From positions 3,264,001-3,328,000 of the forward strand of contig CM000151.3 in assembly GCA_000004695.1 (NCBI GenBank): a stretch of 64,000 nt of DNA, given 5' to 3'. Under the pieces are notes generated by a model. The model was given only the letters and a program-made list of their open reading frames with translations, was not told where the DNA came from and did no database searches. The stretch comes from Dictyostelium discoideum. Lineage: Eukaryota. Each line of letters opens with the position of its first letter. Positions within the stretch are counted from its first letter, which is position 1. Positions 40,775-55,000 of this stretch are shown here, one piece after another. Made by a program: the position numbers and the translations under genes.

Positions 40775-42775
40775 ATGTATAAGTTTAATTATGAAAATGA
40801 TATTGATTTTGCAAATAACCAACCAATAGAATTTTGGGATGAAGTTGCAAAGGATTTAGTTCATTGGTAAGTTTTTTTTATTTTTCTAAATTGTCTTGAC
40901 AAAAAACTAATAATTTAAAAATAAAAGGGATAAAATGTATGAAAAAGTTTATAGTGATGATGAAATATATCCAGATTGGTTTAAAGGTGGTGAATTAAAT
41001 ACATGTTATAATGTTTTAGATATTCATATTAAAAATCCAGAAACAAGAGATCAAGATGCATTAATTTATGAATGTCCATATTTAAAGAAAACTGTAAAAT
41101 TAACTTATTATCAATTATATGAAAAAGTATGTGAATTTTCAAGAGTACTTTTAAATTTAAATATATCAAAAAATGATAATGTTTTAATTTATATGTCAAA
41201 TACATTAGAACCATTAATTGCAATGTTATCATGTGCTCGTATTGGTGCAACTCATTGTGTGTTATTCGATGGTTATTCAGTTAAAAGTTTAATAGATAGA
41301 ATTGAAACAATTACACCAAAATTAATAATTACAACAAATTATGGTATTTTTAATGATGAAATTATTAATTTCATACCAAATTTAAAAGAATCAATTGAAT
41401 TATCAACTTTTAAACCAAGTAATGTAATTACTTTATTTAGAAATGATATTACAAGCGAATCAGATTTAAAGAAAGTAAATGATATACCAACGATACCAAA
41501 TACATTAAGTTGGTATGATGAAATTAAAAAATTCAAAGAAAATAATCAATTACCATTTTATGAATATGTACCAGTAGAATCAAGTCATCCATTATATATA
41601 CTATATACAAGTGGTACAACTGGTAATTCTAAAGGGGCTGTTAGAAGTAATGGTCCACATTTAGTTGGTATTAAATATCAAACATTGATACAAAAGGGTA
41701 AAACAAAAGTAGTATTTTATCATACAAGTGTTGGGTGGATATCAATTCATAATGCTTTTAATGGTTTATTATCACTTGGATATACATTGGTTATGTTTGA
41801 AGGTGGGCTTACTAAAACAAAACATATGGAAGATGATATTTGGGAAGTTATTGAAAGAAATAAAGTAACTTGTGCATCCATAATGGCTAAAGCAATTAGA
41901 TACTTAATTAAAGTTGATCCTGAATGTAAAAATTTACATTCAAAGTATGATTTATCAAATTTAAAAGAAATAATAGTTGGTGGAGAACCAATTGAAGAAT
42001 CAATTCCAAATTATATTCAAGAGAAATTAAAAGTAAAGTCAATTCGTGTATACGGTCAAACTGAAACTGGAGCATGTTATTTTTATTGTTATGATTATAA
42101 AAATTTAAAAATTCCTATTAACACAAGTGGCTTTCCATTTTCATCTTTAAAAGCAATGATTTTTTCAGATGATGGCAAAGAATTAGGTGTTAATGAAATT
42201 GGAGAGCTTGTATTTAAATTACCATTACCACCAAGTTTTGCAACTACATTTTATAAAAATGATGAAAAGTTTAAACAATTATTTACAAAATTCCCAGGTT
42301 ACTATAACCCTGGTGATTTAGGATTTAAAGATGAAAATAATTGTTATGGTGTTGTTTCAAGATCAGATGATCAAATTAAAATCAGTGGTAATAAAGTTCA
42401 ATTAAATAAAATTGAAACATCAATTTTAAAACATCCATTAGTTTTAGAATGTTGTTCAATAGGTATTTATAATCCAGATTGTTATAATGTACCAATAGCT
42501 TTTTTAGTTTTAAAACAACAAGAAGATCAATCAATTCAACAAATTGATTTAAATAAATTACAATCTGAAATTAATATAATCATTTCAAAAGATATAGAAA
42601 ATTTTGCAATTTTAAGAAAAACTTTAATAGTTACACAAATACCGAAAACCAAAGCTGGTAAAATTCAAAGACAAATCATTTCTAAATATTTAAATGATAT
42701 AAATTATGAATTACCAGATAATGTTTGTGATGTTGAAATCTTTTATAAAATCAAGGATTTATATAATAATGTTAA

Positions 42776-42779
<4 letters not shown>
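40775..42779 (+). CDS. AACS-like AMP-binding enzyme, paralog H (2 exons)
   Basis: - Exon 1: 40775..40866, MYKFNYENDIDFANNQPIEFWDEVAKDLVHW(+tg).
- Intron: 40867..40927 (GTAAGT...AAAAG).
- Exon 2: 40928..42779, ...W|DKMYEKVYSDDEIYPDWFKGGELN...
- P-loop YTSGTTGNSKGAV; YGQTETG; A10 PKTKAGKIQR. Confidence 0.85.
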
Positions 42780-42841
<62 letters not shown>

Positions 42842-42899
42842 GTAATAATAATAATAATAATAAAAATAAAATAATAATAATAATAATAAAATAATAATA

Positions 42900-43265
42900 A
42901 TAGGTTCATTTGCAGCATCTACTGTATTAATTTTTGGAGCACCAAATCACCATTAGCTCAACCAAGAAATTTAGTATTTCGACATATAGGTTCAATCATT
43001 AGAGTGCATTTGGTTTATACAAATGCTCAAACTGAAGTAGCACTCTTTAGCGGTCAGTTTAGCAATTGTCGGGATGCATTTCACAAAATCAATACATCCA
43101 CCCGGTGGTGCCACTGCCTTAATTTGTGTTATGAGTGCTGAACAATGCTGAAGAGGTTTTTATTATATATCCTTACCTGTGGCATCGGGTTCTTTAGGAA
43201 TGTTACTAACCTCATTAATTGTTAATAATTTTACAAGAAAGAGAAAGTATCTGTATTTTGGTGGT
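42900..43265 (+). pseudogene. Degenerate duplicate of the 3' half of the HPP-family gene
   Basis: 'ggttcatttgcagcatctactgtattaatttttggagcaccaaatcaccattagctcaaccaag...atacatccacccggtggtgccactgcc...' aligns to 39948-40330 but carries indels and stops. The same (AAT)n follows and a DUSE-like remnant sits at 43383. It is part of a tandemly duplicated [HPP 3' + AACS] unit. Confidence 0.8.
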
Positions 43266-43761
43266 AATTAAATTAATAATAATAATAATAATAAATAATA
43301 ATAATAATAATAAATAATAATAATAATAATAATAATAAAAATAAAAATAGCTAGTAATAATAAAATAAAAATATTTAAATTATATCTTATACACCCCAAT
43401 TTGTAATTCATCTTTATTTTTTTATTTTATCTTATTGGTTCAAAATTTAAATAAAGATAAGATACATAATAAAATTTTTTAAAAAATTAAATACATGTTA
43501 TAATGTTTTAGATATTCATATGAAAAATCCATTAAAAATAGATCAAGATGCATTAATTTATGAATGTCCGTATTAAAGTTTTTTTTTTTCAATGTTTTTG
43601 AACCAATAGGATAATATTAATTATTACAAATATATGTAAAAAAAGGTTATAAATCCCATACCCAATTTGTTAATTGTTTTAAACTTTTTTTTTTTTATGT
43701 ACCATTATTTTTTTTTTTATTATTATTTTATTTTATTAATATCGTTTAATTTAATAAAAAA

Positions 43762-45770
43762 ATGTATAAATTTAACTATGAAAATGAAATTGATTTAGCA
43801 AATAACAGACCAATAGAATTTTGGGATGAAGTTGCAAAGGATTTAGTTTATTGGTAAGTTTTTATTTCTTTTTTTTATTTTTTCAATTGTCATTGCAAAA
43901 AACTAATAATTTAAAATTAAAAAAAAAGGGATAGAATGTATGATAAAGTTTATAGTGGTGATGAAATTTATCCAGATTGGTTTAAAGGTGGTGAATTAAA
44001 TACATGTTATAATGTTTTAGATATTCATATAAAAAATCCAGAAACAAGAGATCAAACTGCATTAATTTATGAATGTCCATTTTTAAACAAAAATATAAAA
44101 TTAACCTATTATCAATTTTATGAAAAAGTATGTGAATTTTCAAGAGTACTTTTAAATTTAAATATATCAAAAAATGATAATGTTTTAATTTATATGTCAA
44201 ATACAATTGAAGCACCAATTGCAATGTTATCATGTGCTCGTATTGGTGCAACTCATTGTGTGTTATTCGATGGTTATTCAGTTAAAAGTTTAATAGATAG
44301 AATTGAAACAATTACACCAAAATTAATAATTACAACAAATTATGGTATTTTTAATGATGAAATTATTACATTTACACCAAATTTAAAAGATGCAATTGAA
44401 TTATCAACTTTTAAACCAAGTAATGTAATTACTTTATTTAGAAATGATATTACAAGCGAATCAGATTTAAAGAAAGTAAATGATATACCAACGATACCAA
44501 ATACATTAAGTTGGTATGATGAAATTAAAAAATTCAAAGAAATTAATCAATTACCATTTTATGAATATGTTCCAGTAGAATCAAGTCATCCATTATATAT
44601 AATATATACAAGTGGCACAACTGGTAGTGCTAAAGCAGTTGTTAGAAGTAATGGTCCATATATGGTAGGTATTAAATATCAAACATTGATACAAAAGGGT
44701 AAAATAAAAGTTGTGTTTTCTCATACAAGTATTGGCTGGGTATCATTTCATAATCTATTATATGGTTTATTTTCAGTTGGATATACATTAGTTATGTCTG
44801 AAGGAGGAGTGACAAAACCAAAACATATGGAAGATGATATTTGGGAAATTATTGAAAGAAATGAAGTAAGTTGTGCATTCACAATGGCTAAAGCAATTAG
44901 ATACTTAATTAAAGTTGATCCTGATTGTAAAAATTTACATTCAAAGTATGATTTATCTAATTTAAAAGAAATGGTACTTGGTGGAGAACCAATTGAAGAA
45001 TCAATTTCAAATTATATTCAGGAGAAATTAAAAGTTCAATCAACTCGTGTATATGGTCAAACTGAAACAGGTGTCGTTTATTTTTAGGTTTTGATAATAA
45101 AAATTTAAAAATTCCAATTAATACATGTGGAGTTTCATTTCCATCTTTAAAAGCAAAGGTTTTTTCAGATGATGGTAAGGAATTACCTTTGTATGAAATT
45201 GGTGAGCTTGTATTTAAATTACCTTTACCACCAGGTTTTACAACTACATTTTATAAAAATGATGAAAAGTTTAAACAATTATTTACAAAATTTCCAGGTT
45301 ACTATTACCCTGGTGATTTAGGATTTAAAGATGAAAATAATTGTTATGGTGTTGTTTCAAGATCAGATGATCAAATTAAAATCAGTGGTAATAAAGTTCA
45401 ATTAAATAAAATTGAAACATCAATTTTAAAACATCCATTAGTTTTAGAATGTTGTTCAATAGGTATTAATAATCCAGATTGTTATAATGTACCAATTGGT
45501 ATATTAGTTTTAAAACAACAAGAAGAAAATCAATCAATTCGACAAATTGATTTAAATAAATTACAATCTGAAATTAATACAATAATATCAAAGGATATAG
45601 AAAATTTTGCAATTTTAAGAAAAATTTTAATAGTTCCACAATTACCAAAAACTAAAGTTGGTAAAACTCAAAGACAAATCATTTCTAAATATTTAAATGA
45701 TACAAATTTTCAATTACCAGATAATGTTTGTGATGTTGAAATCTTTTATAAAATTAAAGATTTATAATAA
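43762..45770 (+). pseudogene. AACS-like pseudogene I (duplicate of H) with in-frame TAG and frameshift
   Basis: - Exon 1 (43762..43853) and its intron are intact.
- Exon 2 from 43929 reads through to 'YGQTETGVVYF*' at 45087. There H has 'tatttttattgttatgattat', I has 'tatttttaggttttgataat': a TAG plus a 1-nt deletion.
- The homologous C-terminus continues in another frame (ORF 45189..45767).
- An orphan fragment of the AACS N-terminus (NTCYNVLDIHMKNPLKIDQDALIYECPY*) also sits at 43470-43570. Confidence 0.75.
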
Positions 45771-45775
45771 TGTTA

Positions 45776-45875
<100 letters not shown>

Positions 45876-46728
45876 GAGTATCTTTTGAAAGTTTGTTTTT
45901 ACTAAAAAATTTAAAAATTTTCAAATTTAATATTAAATAAAATTACCAAAAATTAAAAAAGTAAAATATTAACCTCTAATATGGAAAAATTATTAAAAAC
46001 ATTTTTTTTTAATTAGGATTAGAATAGTGTTAAATTAAAAAATTAAAAAAATAAGAAATAAGTTAATATAAAATTCAACCCAATGTATATATAAATTACC
46101 CATTGTGGTTTTTACCCCCTCCCCCATGTGTTTTTTTATATTTTAATTTTTAATTAAAAGAATTATTATTAATTTTTTAAAAATTAAAAAAAAAAAAAAA
46201 AAAGATAATAATATAAAATTCAAGTACTTGAAAAGGTAAAAAAAAAACAAAATAAAAAAAAAAAGATTAAAAATGATTTACCTACATAGAAAGGGGGTAA
46301 TAATTTCACCATTAAGGGACAGACATAAATGAAATCAATTAATATTTAAAAAAAAAACAATATATTTTCATTTTTTCATTTTGATTATTAATAATTAAAA
46401 ATACAATTTACTTTTTTAAAGTACATAAAAATACCTTTTTTAAAAATAATTTCAAAAAAGTAATATCTATAGGCTTAATTAGAATGAAATTAAATAATAT
46501 TTTAATTATTAAAAAGTCTAAAGATATCTCAAAACAATTAAATGACGTCGTAAAATTTTTATTTTTTAAATTTTTTTTTTTATTAAATGTAAATATTATA
46601 TGAAGAGTTATCAATTTTAAATTATAAAAAAAAAAAAAAAAAAAACTTATATTTACATTTTTTATATAATCCAATATTATTGAAAATTTTAATAATAAAA
46701 ATATATTTTTATAAAAACTATTAAAATA

Positions 46729-48764
46729 ATGTATACATTAAGCCAACCATTCAATTATGAAAATGATTATAAATTCTCAATAAACACCGACCCAATTTCA
46801 TTTTGGGATCAAGTAGCCACTAAATATGTTTATTGGTATGCATACAATAAAAAAAAACATAATTAGTTAAATAAATAATTAAATTTTTTATAAATATAAT
46901 TTAAAAATAAAAAAGGGATAAAATGTATGATAAAGTTTATAGTGGTAATGAAATTTATCCAGATTGGTTTAAAGGTGGTGAATTAAATACATGTTATAAT
47001 TTATTAGATAGACAAGTTCAGAATCCATTAAAAAAAGATCAAGTTGCATTAATTTATGAATGTCCATATTTAAAGAAAACTGTAAAATTAACTTATTATC
47101 AATTATATGAAAAAGTATGTGAATTTTCAAGAGTACTTTTGAATTTAAATGTTTCAAAAAATGATAATGTTTTAATTTATATGGCAAATACAGTTGAAGC
47201 ACCAATTGCAATGTTATCATGTGCTCGTATTGGTGCAACTCATTGTGCTTTATTCGATGGTTATTCAGTTAAAAGTTTAATAGATAGAATTGAAACAATT
47301 ACACCAAAATTAATAATTACAACAAATTTGGGAGTTGGACTTGATGAAATTGTTGATATTACTACAAATTTAAAAGAAGCAATTGAATTATCAACTTTTA
47401 AGCCTGACAATGTAATAACACTTTATAGAAATGATATTGTTTATAATAATAATAATTTCCAAACAATAATACCAAATTCATTAAATTGGGAAGAAGAAAT
47501 TAAAAAAATTAAAATTAATAATCAATCACCATTTTATGATTATGTACCAGTAGAATCAAGTCATCCAATCTATTTAATTTATACAAGTGGTACAACTGGT
47601 AATTCTAAACCAGTTGTAAGAAGTAATGGTAGTAATTTGGTTGGACTTTTATATCATTGGAATTGTTTAAGTTCAAAGGTTAATAATGATGAAAATGTAG
47701 TTTTATTTTCTGCAACTAGTGTTGGATGGGTGTCATTCCATATGTTCTTTTATGCATCATTATCAAAAGGAAATACATTTGTAATGTTTGAAGGTGGTTT
47801 CTTAAAACAAAATAATGTTGAAGATGACATTTGGGCAACCATTGAAAAACATAATGTAAACATTTATTTAGCATTACCAATTGTAATGAGATATCTTAAG
47901 AAAATGGATCCCAATGCTGAAAGATTACATTCAAAATATGATATATCACGTTTAAAGCAAGTTTGGATTGGTGCTGAAGTTATTGAAAAATCAATTCAAG
48001 ATTATATTGAAAATAAATTAAATGCTGAATCAATTGGTTTATATGGTCAAACTGAAAGTGGAATGATGTATATTTATGAATATTCAAGTATAAATAAAAC
48101 ATATGATACAGTAGGTATACCATCACCATTTATTAAACCATCAATATTATCTGAAGATGGTAAAGAGTTGGGTGTTAATGAAATTGGTGAATTCTCTCTC
48201 AAATTACCATTACCACCTGGATTTGCGACTACATTTTATAAAAATGATGAACAATATAAAAAATTATTTTCAAAATTTCCAGGTTATTATAATTCTGGTG
48301 ATTTAGGTTATAAAGATGAAAATGGATATTATGGTATTGTTTCAAGAGCTGATGATCAAATTAAAATTAGTGGTAATAAAGTTCAACTAAATACAATTGA
48401 ATCATCAATTTTGAAACATCCAAATGTTATTGAATGTTGTTCAATTGGTATTAATGATTATGATTGTTATAAAGCACCAATTGGTATATTGGTTTTAAAA
48501 AAACAAGATTCAATTTTAGATTTCAATCAATTAAAAAATGAAATTAATAATATTATTAATGATGATATTGAAAGTTATGCTGAACTAAAACAAATTATCA
48601 TTGTAAATCAATTACCAAAAACTAAAAGTGGTAAAATTCAAAGACATATACTTTCTAATTATTTAAATAACAATAATTTTAAATTACCAGATAATATTGA
48701 AAATCTTCAATTATTTTATAACATAAAAGATTCTTTTATTAAAAACTCAAATAAAAATATTTAA
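46729..48764 (+). CDS. AACS-like AMP-binding enzyme, paralog J (2 exons), most divergent intact copy
   Basis: - Exon 1: 46729..46835, MYTLSQPFNYENDYKFSINTDPISFWDQVATKYVYW.
- Intron: 46836..46915 (GTATGC...AAAAG).
- Exon 2: 46916..48764 (613 aa).
- P-loop YTSGTTGNSKPVV; YGQTESG; A10 PKTKSGKIQR. Confidence 0.85.
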
Positions 48765-49339
48765 TCCAAAAAAAAATTTTAATCTATAATAAAAATAAAT
48801 AAATATATATATTTTTATAATTCAATTATTTATTTTTTGTTCAATATAAAAGTAATTTTATAAGTAAGAGTTTTTTTTCACATAAAAATATTCCACACAG
48901 ACACAGTGCGTGTTTTTTAATTTAACCCCTTTAATACATTTACTTATTTTTATTTGTATTGAAAATTTTTGTGGTTGGTTGTTTATAACCCGAAACTTTT
49001 TTAATATATTTTATTAAAAGACAAAAAAATAAACAAATAATTAAAATTCCACAATAAACAAGTATTTTTTTTTTTTCATCTTTGATAAAATATATCCATC
49101 TATAATTTCTTTTTATTTTAATTCATTATTTTCTTTAAAAGGATAAATAATGAAAAAGTTTTATTTTAAATTTCCACATTTTATGTTTTCCACTTTTTTT
49201 TTTTCACATAAAATTTATTTTTACTTTTAAATTTTATTTTTTTTAAAAAATAAAATATAATGATTTTTAAATTTTTTTTTTTTTATTAATTAATTACAAA
49301 AACTTGAAAAAACAACGAAAAAACAACGAAAAAAATAAA

Positions 49340-49700
49340 ATGTTTAAATTAAGTGATCCTTTTGATTATGAAAATGATTACAATTTCTCTCAAATTAATC
49401 CAATTTAATTTTGGGACGAAGCTCACTGGTATGCACTTCACAAAAAAAAAAAAAAAAAAAAAAAAAAACAAATTTTAACATATAATAAATAAAAAAAAAA
49501 AAAAAAAGGGATAAAATGTATGATAAAGTTTATAGTGGTGATGAAATTTATCCAGATTGGTTTAAAGGTGGTGAATTAAATACATGTTATAATTTAATAG
49601 ATATTCATATTAAAAATCCATTAAAAAGAGAATAAGATGTATTAATTTATGAATGTCCATTTTTAAAGAAAACAATTAAAAGAGTTTCAGACCAATTTTT
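49340..49700 (+). pseudogene. Truncated AACS-like gene fragment K (exon 1 + first ~55 codons of exon 2, with stop)
   Basis: - 'atgtttaaattaagtgatccttttgattatgaaaatgattacaatttctctcaaattaatccaatttaattttggga': an in-frame TAA sits in the exon-1-like part.
- After an intron-like segment comes 'MYDKVYSGDEIYPDWFKGGELNTCYNLIDIHIKNPLKRE*'.
- Homology is lost after ~49700. Confidence 0.75.
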
Positions 49701-49862
49701 TTCTTTTTTAAATTTGCTGATTAATTTTTATTAAGATTTTTTGACAAAAAAAAAAAAAAAAATCTTCGATAAAATAAAAAAAAAAAAAAAAAAGATTAAT
49801 AAACTTTTTTTTTTTTTTTTTTTTTTTTTAATTTTATTTTATTAAAATAATTTTGGAAAAAA

Positions 49863-51894
49863 ATGAAATTAAGTGATCCTTTTGATTATGAAAATGATCT
49901 AAAATATGCAGAATCCCAACCTGTTTCATTTTGGGATGACATTGCCAAAAAATATATACATTGGTAAGTTTAAAAATTTTGTAAAATAAATTATTAATAA
50001 TTTAAAAAATATAATAAAATTCCAATTATACCAATAAATAATTTAAAAAAAAAGGGATAAAATGTATGATAAAGTTTATAGTGGTGATGAAATGTATCCA
50101 GATTGGTTTAAAGGTGGTGAATTAAATACATGTTATAATGTTTTAGATATTCAAGTTCAAAATCCATTAAAAAGAGATCAAGACGCATTAATTTATGAAT
50201 GTCCATTTTTAAAGAAAACTGTTAAATTAACTTATTATCAATTATATGAAAAAGTATGTGAATTTTCAAGAGTACTTTTAAATTTAAATATTTCAAAAAA
50301 TGATAATATTTTAATATTTATGGCAAATACAGTTGAAGCACCAATTGCAATGTTATCATGTGCTCGTATTGGTGCAACTCATTGTGTACTATTCGATGGC
50401 TATTCAACAAAAAGTTTAATAGATAGAATTGAAGCTGTAAGACCAAAAGTTATTATTACCTCAAATTATGGTATTTTAAATGAGGAAATTATTACATTTA
50501 CACCAAATTTAATTGAAGCAATTGAAATATCAACTTTTAAACCAGATCATGTAATTACACATAATAGAGATTTAATTAGTTCCGATGCACAATTATCAAT
50601 AATTGAAACTATACCTACTGTACCATCTTCTTTGGATTGGGACTTGGAAATCAACAAAATTAAAGAAAACAATCAAACACCATTCTATGAATATGTTACA
50701 GTAGAATCAAGTCATCCACTTTACATTATTTATACAAGTGGTACAACTGGTAATTCAAAAGGAGTTGTTAGAAGTAATGGTCCACATTTAGTTTGTTTTG
50801 GTTATCTTTGGCCATCAATTGTTCAAAAAAATACTACTTTCTTTTCTCATACTAGTATAGGATGGGTATCGTTTCATTCATTTTTGTATGCTTCATTATT
50901 ACATGGATGTTCATTTGTGATGTTTGAAGGTGGAATTGTAAAACCAAAACATATGGAAGATGATATTTGGTCAATTGTTGAAAAGCATAAAGTTAGTGCA
51001 TTTCTAACATTAGCAAAAACAATAAGATATTTAAATAAAGTTGATCCAGATGCAAAACAAATACATTCAAAATATGATATTTCAAGTTTAAAATCAATTT
51101 GGAATGGTGGTGAAGTTATTGAAGATTCAATTCCAGAATATATTGAAAACAAACTAAAATCAAGACCATCTATTGGATATGGTCAAACTGAAACTGGTTA
51201 TTTGTATTTATTCGATTACATAAAATCAAAAAAAAATCCATACAACACAGTTGGTCCACCATCACCATTTGTCTACCCATCAATTTTATCAGAAGATGGT
51301 ATTGAATTACCAGTGAATCAAATTGGTGAAATCGTATTCAAATTACCATTACCACCTGGATTCGCTTCAACATTTTATAAAAATGATGAACAATTTAAAA
51401 AAGTTTTAACAAAATTCCCAGGTTATTATAGTAGTGGTGATTTAGGTTATAAAGATGAAAATGGATATTATGCTATCGTTTCAAGAGCAGATGATCAAAT
51501 TAAAATTGGTGGTAATAAAGTTCAATTAAACACAATTGAAACATCAATTTTAAAACATCCAAATGTTATTGAATGTTGTTCAATTGGTATTTACAATCCA
51601 GATTGTTATAATAAACCAATTGGTTTATTAACTTTAAAACAACAAGATTCAAATGTCGACTTAATTCAATTAAAAAATGAAATTAATAGTATCATCACAC
51701 AAGATATTGATAAATTTGCTCAATTAACACATATAATAATTGTTGAACAATTACCAAAAACTAAAAGTGGTAAAATCCAAAGATTAATCATTTCTAAATT
51801 TTTAAATGATAATAATTTTAAATTACCTGATCATGTATTTGAAAGTCAACAAATATATACAGATATTAAAAATTTATATTTAAATAATTTATAA
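49863..51894 (+). CDS. AACS-like AMP-binding enzyme, paralog L (2 exons)
   Basis: - Exon 1: 49863..49963, MKLSDPFDYENDLKYAESQPVSFWDDIAKKYIHW.
- Intron: 49964..50054 (GTAAGT...AAAAG).
- Exon 2: 50055..51894 (610 aa).
- P-loop YTSGTTGNSKGVV; YGQTETG; A10 PKTKSGKIQR. Confidence 0.85.
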
Positions 51895-52024
51895 TTCTTA
51901 TTTATTTAGATTAAATTAATTAAAATTAAGTACAAATAAATAAATAAATAAATAAATTATAAAAATGACATTCTTTTTTTTTGTTTTGTTTTTTGTTTTT
52001 TATTGTATATATAATTCCTTTTAT

Positions 52025-55000
52025 TTATGTTTTGTTTGTACTAGTTTGACTATTAATACTATTATTATTATTATTATTATTATCTTGTAATTGATGACAT
52101 GAATAAATTTGTGGTGATGGATAAACGAATATCTTTTCATTTTTAGTTTTTGGATAAGAAATATTTGAATTATTTATACCGACTAAAGTTACTTTTGGAA
52201 TTGGTAATGAGCCAGAGGAGATTGGAATTAAACCACAACTAAATTTAAGCTTTTCACCAACTGTATCACTATTAAATGAAAATGTATGTTTACTCTTACC
52301 AGATATCATCCAAATTTGTGAATCAGCAACTATATGATATTGTAATTGTTGTTGTTTTTGTTGTTTTTCATTACCGTTATCATTATTACTTTCTTTTTGT
52401 TGTTGTTGTTGTTGTTTTAAATTTGTAATTTCAATTTCAAAAAGAACTATTGTACCAACATAAGCCCTACTTTGAATTGATAGATCTATTTGATAAAGAT
52501 AAGTTGGAAGCTCGATTTTAATTGGCCAACTAAATTCGTTTTGATCTCTCCATAATGATTTACATTCTCTAATTAATGGTCTATCTAAATCTTGTTGAGG
52601 CATTTTACTTGTATATTTTATCTTTAATTTCAAATCATTTTTACTATGGTTGTTGTTATTGTTGTTGTTGTTATTGTTTCCATTACTATTACTACTATCA
52701 GTTGCTGATGAAGGTGATGTTGATGATGATAAAGATTCATTTTCATACTTTTTAATTTCAAAAATTAATGAAACTAATTGGCCAGGGTATAAATTTAAAT
52801 TTGGTGCTAATGAATGATTATGATCTTTTACTAAATAATATAAATTTGGTTGTTGTGAAGATTTTGAAGAGATTGATGAGATTGATGAACTTGAAGATGA
52901 TAATGATAATTGCTGCTGTTGTTGTAATTGTTGTTGTAATTGTTGTTGTTCAGGTGATTGATATTCTGAATCACAACCTTCTAAAGAATAAGAATTAAAT
53001 TGAATCATATTTGGAGAATTACATTGTATAATAGTTTTTAAGAATAATCTATTATTTACATTAATGACAGATTCATCGATTGTCAATGGATTAATGAATA
53101 AAATTGAAGAGACCAATGATGATGAAAATTTTTCTTTGGTTTGTTTTTGATGTTGTAATTCGATTCTAATTTGATGAGTGCAAGTATCGGTATTTACAGC
53201 CATCAATGGTAAATAGAATTCCAATGTTTGATTATAACCAATTTGAGATAATGGTAACTTATCATTAATTAAATTTATTGTTCTTGAGGAAGTTTCACAA
53301 GTTTTATCGTCACTCTGTATGATGATTACTGATGAAGTTGGTATTATAGTTGCACCAGTTGGTGAAGTGAATGTTAATACACCCGCTTCAATCGTATCGG
53401 AATGAGTATGTAATTTAATTCCAACATATTGAATACTATAAAATAATAATGGACTATTTGCAAATGATTCTAAAGTTATTTGTGATTCACTATCAATAAC
53501 TTTAATTTCACCTGGTAATGTAGTTGTTGTTGTATTTGTACCACCACCACCACCACCAATAGCTGTATCAGCATTACGTAATGAATAACCAAATGAAAGG
53601 TTATCAATTTTTAACCAAATTGAATCTTTAACAAAGGTTGCTTTAGTTGTACCAACTGCTGTGAATTGGAAATTGTTTACACCTGGTTCAACAAGGAAAT
53701 CATTCAATTGAAATACTAATTTATCACCGAAACCACTCTTTACAAAACTAACTGCACCATTATTAAATCTAATTGGTGATATTAAATTACTCTTTATTCT
53801 AACATTGATTTTAATTGTTTCAAAATATCTATAAACTGTTTCTTTAAATGTAACTTTACATTTAAATAATGGTATCATTGGTTGAACAACTTTTTTTTAA
53901 AAAAAAAAAAAAAAAAAAAAATTAATAATAGTTTTTTTATAACAAAATTATTATTAAATAAAACCTACTATTTAATTCAGGTTTTCGAGAAATTTGAATA
54001 ATTTCAGATAAATAATGATCTTTTTCAAATCTATTTGTTAATAAACCAGGAGCTAATAAACCAACACAAGTTGTTACATAATCAACTAAATGACCCAACT
54101 GCTTTTGACAATAGGATAATCTAGTTTTAACGGCATATTCTATATAGGACCAATGTTCTCTAGAGTAAAGATTTGAAATTGATTTGAAAAGATTCTCTGC
54201 AATTTGAAATTCTTTTAATTTGAAATTTAAATTTGCAATTGCAAATGTTAATCTACTAATACTTCTCATTCTATTAGATTGAATATACAATTTCTCAATT
54301 TGACCTAACAATTCGAAATAAAGTTGAGTGAATTGTTTCGATGATTGAAGTGAGACTTGTAATGGCTGATAACTAAATGCTGTCATTGAATCAACTTCAA
54401 TCTTTTTATTCTCTACACTCTTAAATATAACTTCTTCTACATTTTGAAAGAACATTTCACTATTATAATCATCAACTGGTAAATATCCAATAATTATTGC
54501 CAATTCTTCTAACTGGAAAAAAATAAAAATATATTAATATAAAATAATTAAAAAAAAAACCAATAATAATAATAATAACAATGAATTATGAATTAACTAC
54601 TCTTTGAGCTGAACTAAATAATAAATCACCAACTAAAAAATCTAAACTTTCTCTATCTTGTTTTTCAGTTAATCTTTCAGAGAGATCACTTGTTAAATTT
54701 AAAGAAGGTGTACGAATATAATGTTGAGTATTTAAAGCACCTGATAATTGTGCAGATTGTAAATTGTTTAAAGATTGTGAACCTGATAAACCTGCTATAA
54801 TCGTTGATCCACCTGCACTTAATGAAGCTATACCACTATTACTTGGCATTGGTGTATTTTTACCATTTGCTGCTGTAGTTGCTGATGTCGATGATGGTGT
54901 ATTACTACTACTACTACCAAAAGGTCCAAATGCACCAAATAATTTTGAAATGGGTGTAGTTGAACTAATTGATTTCACAACTTTTTGTGCACTACCATTT

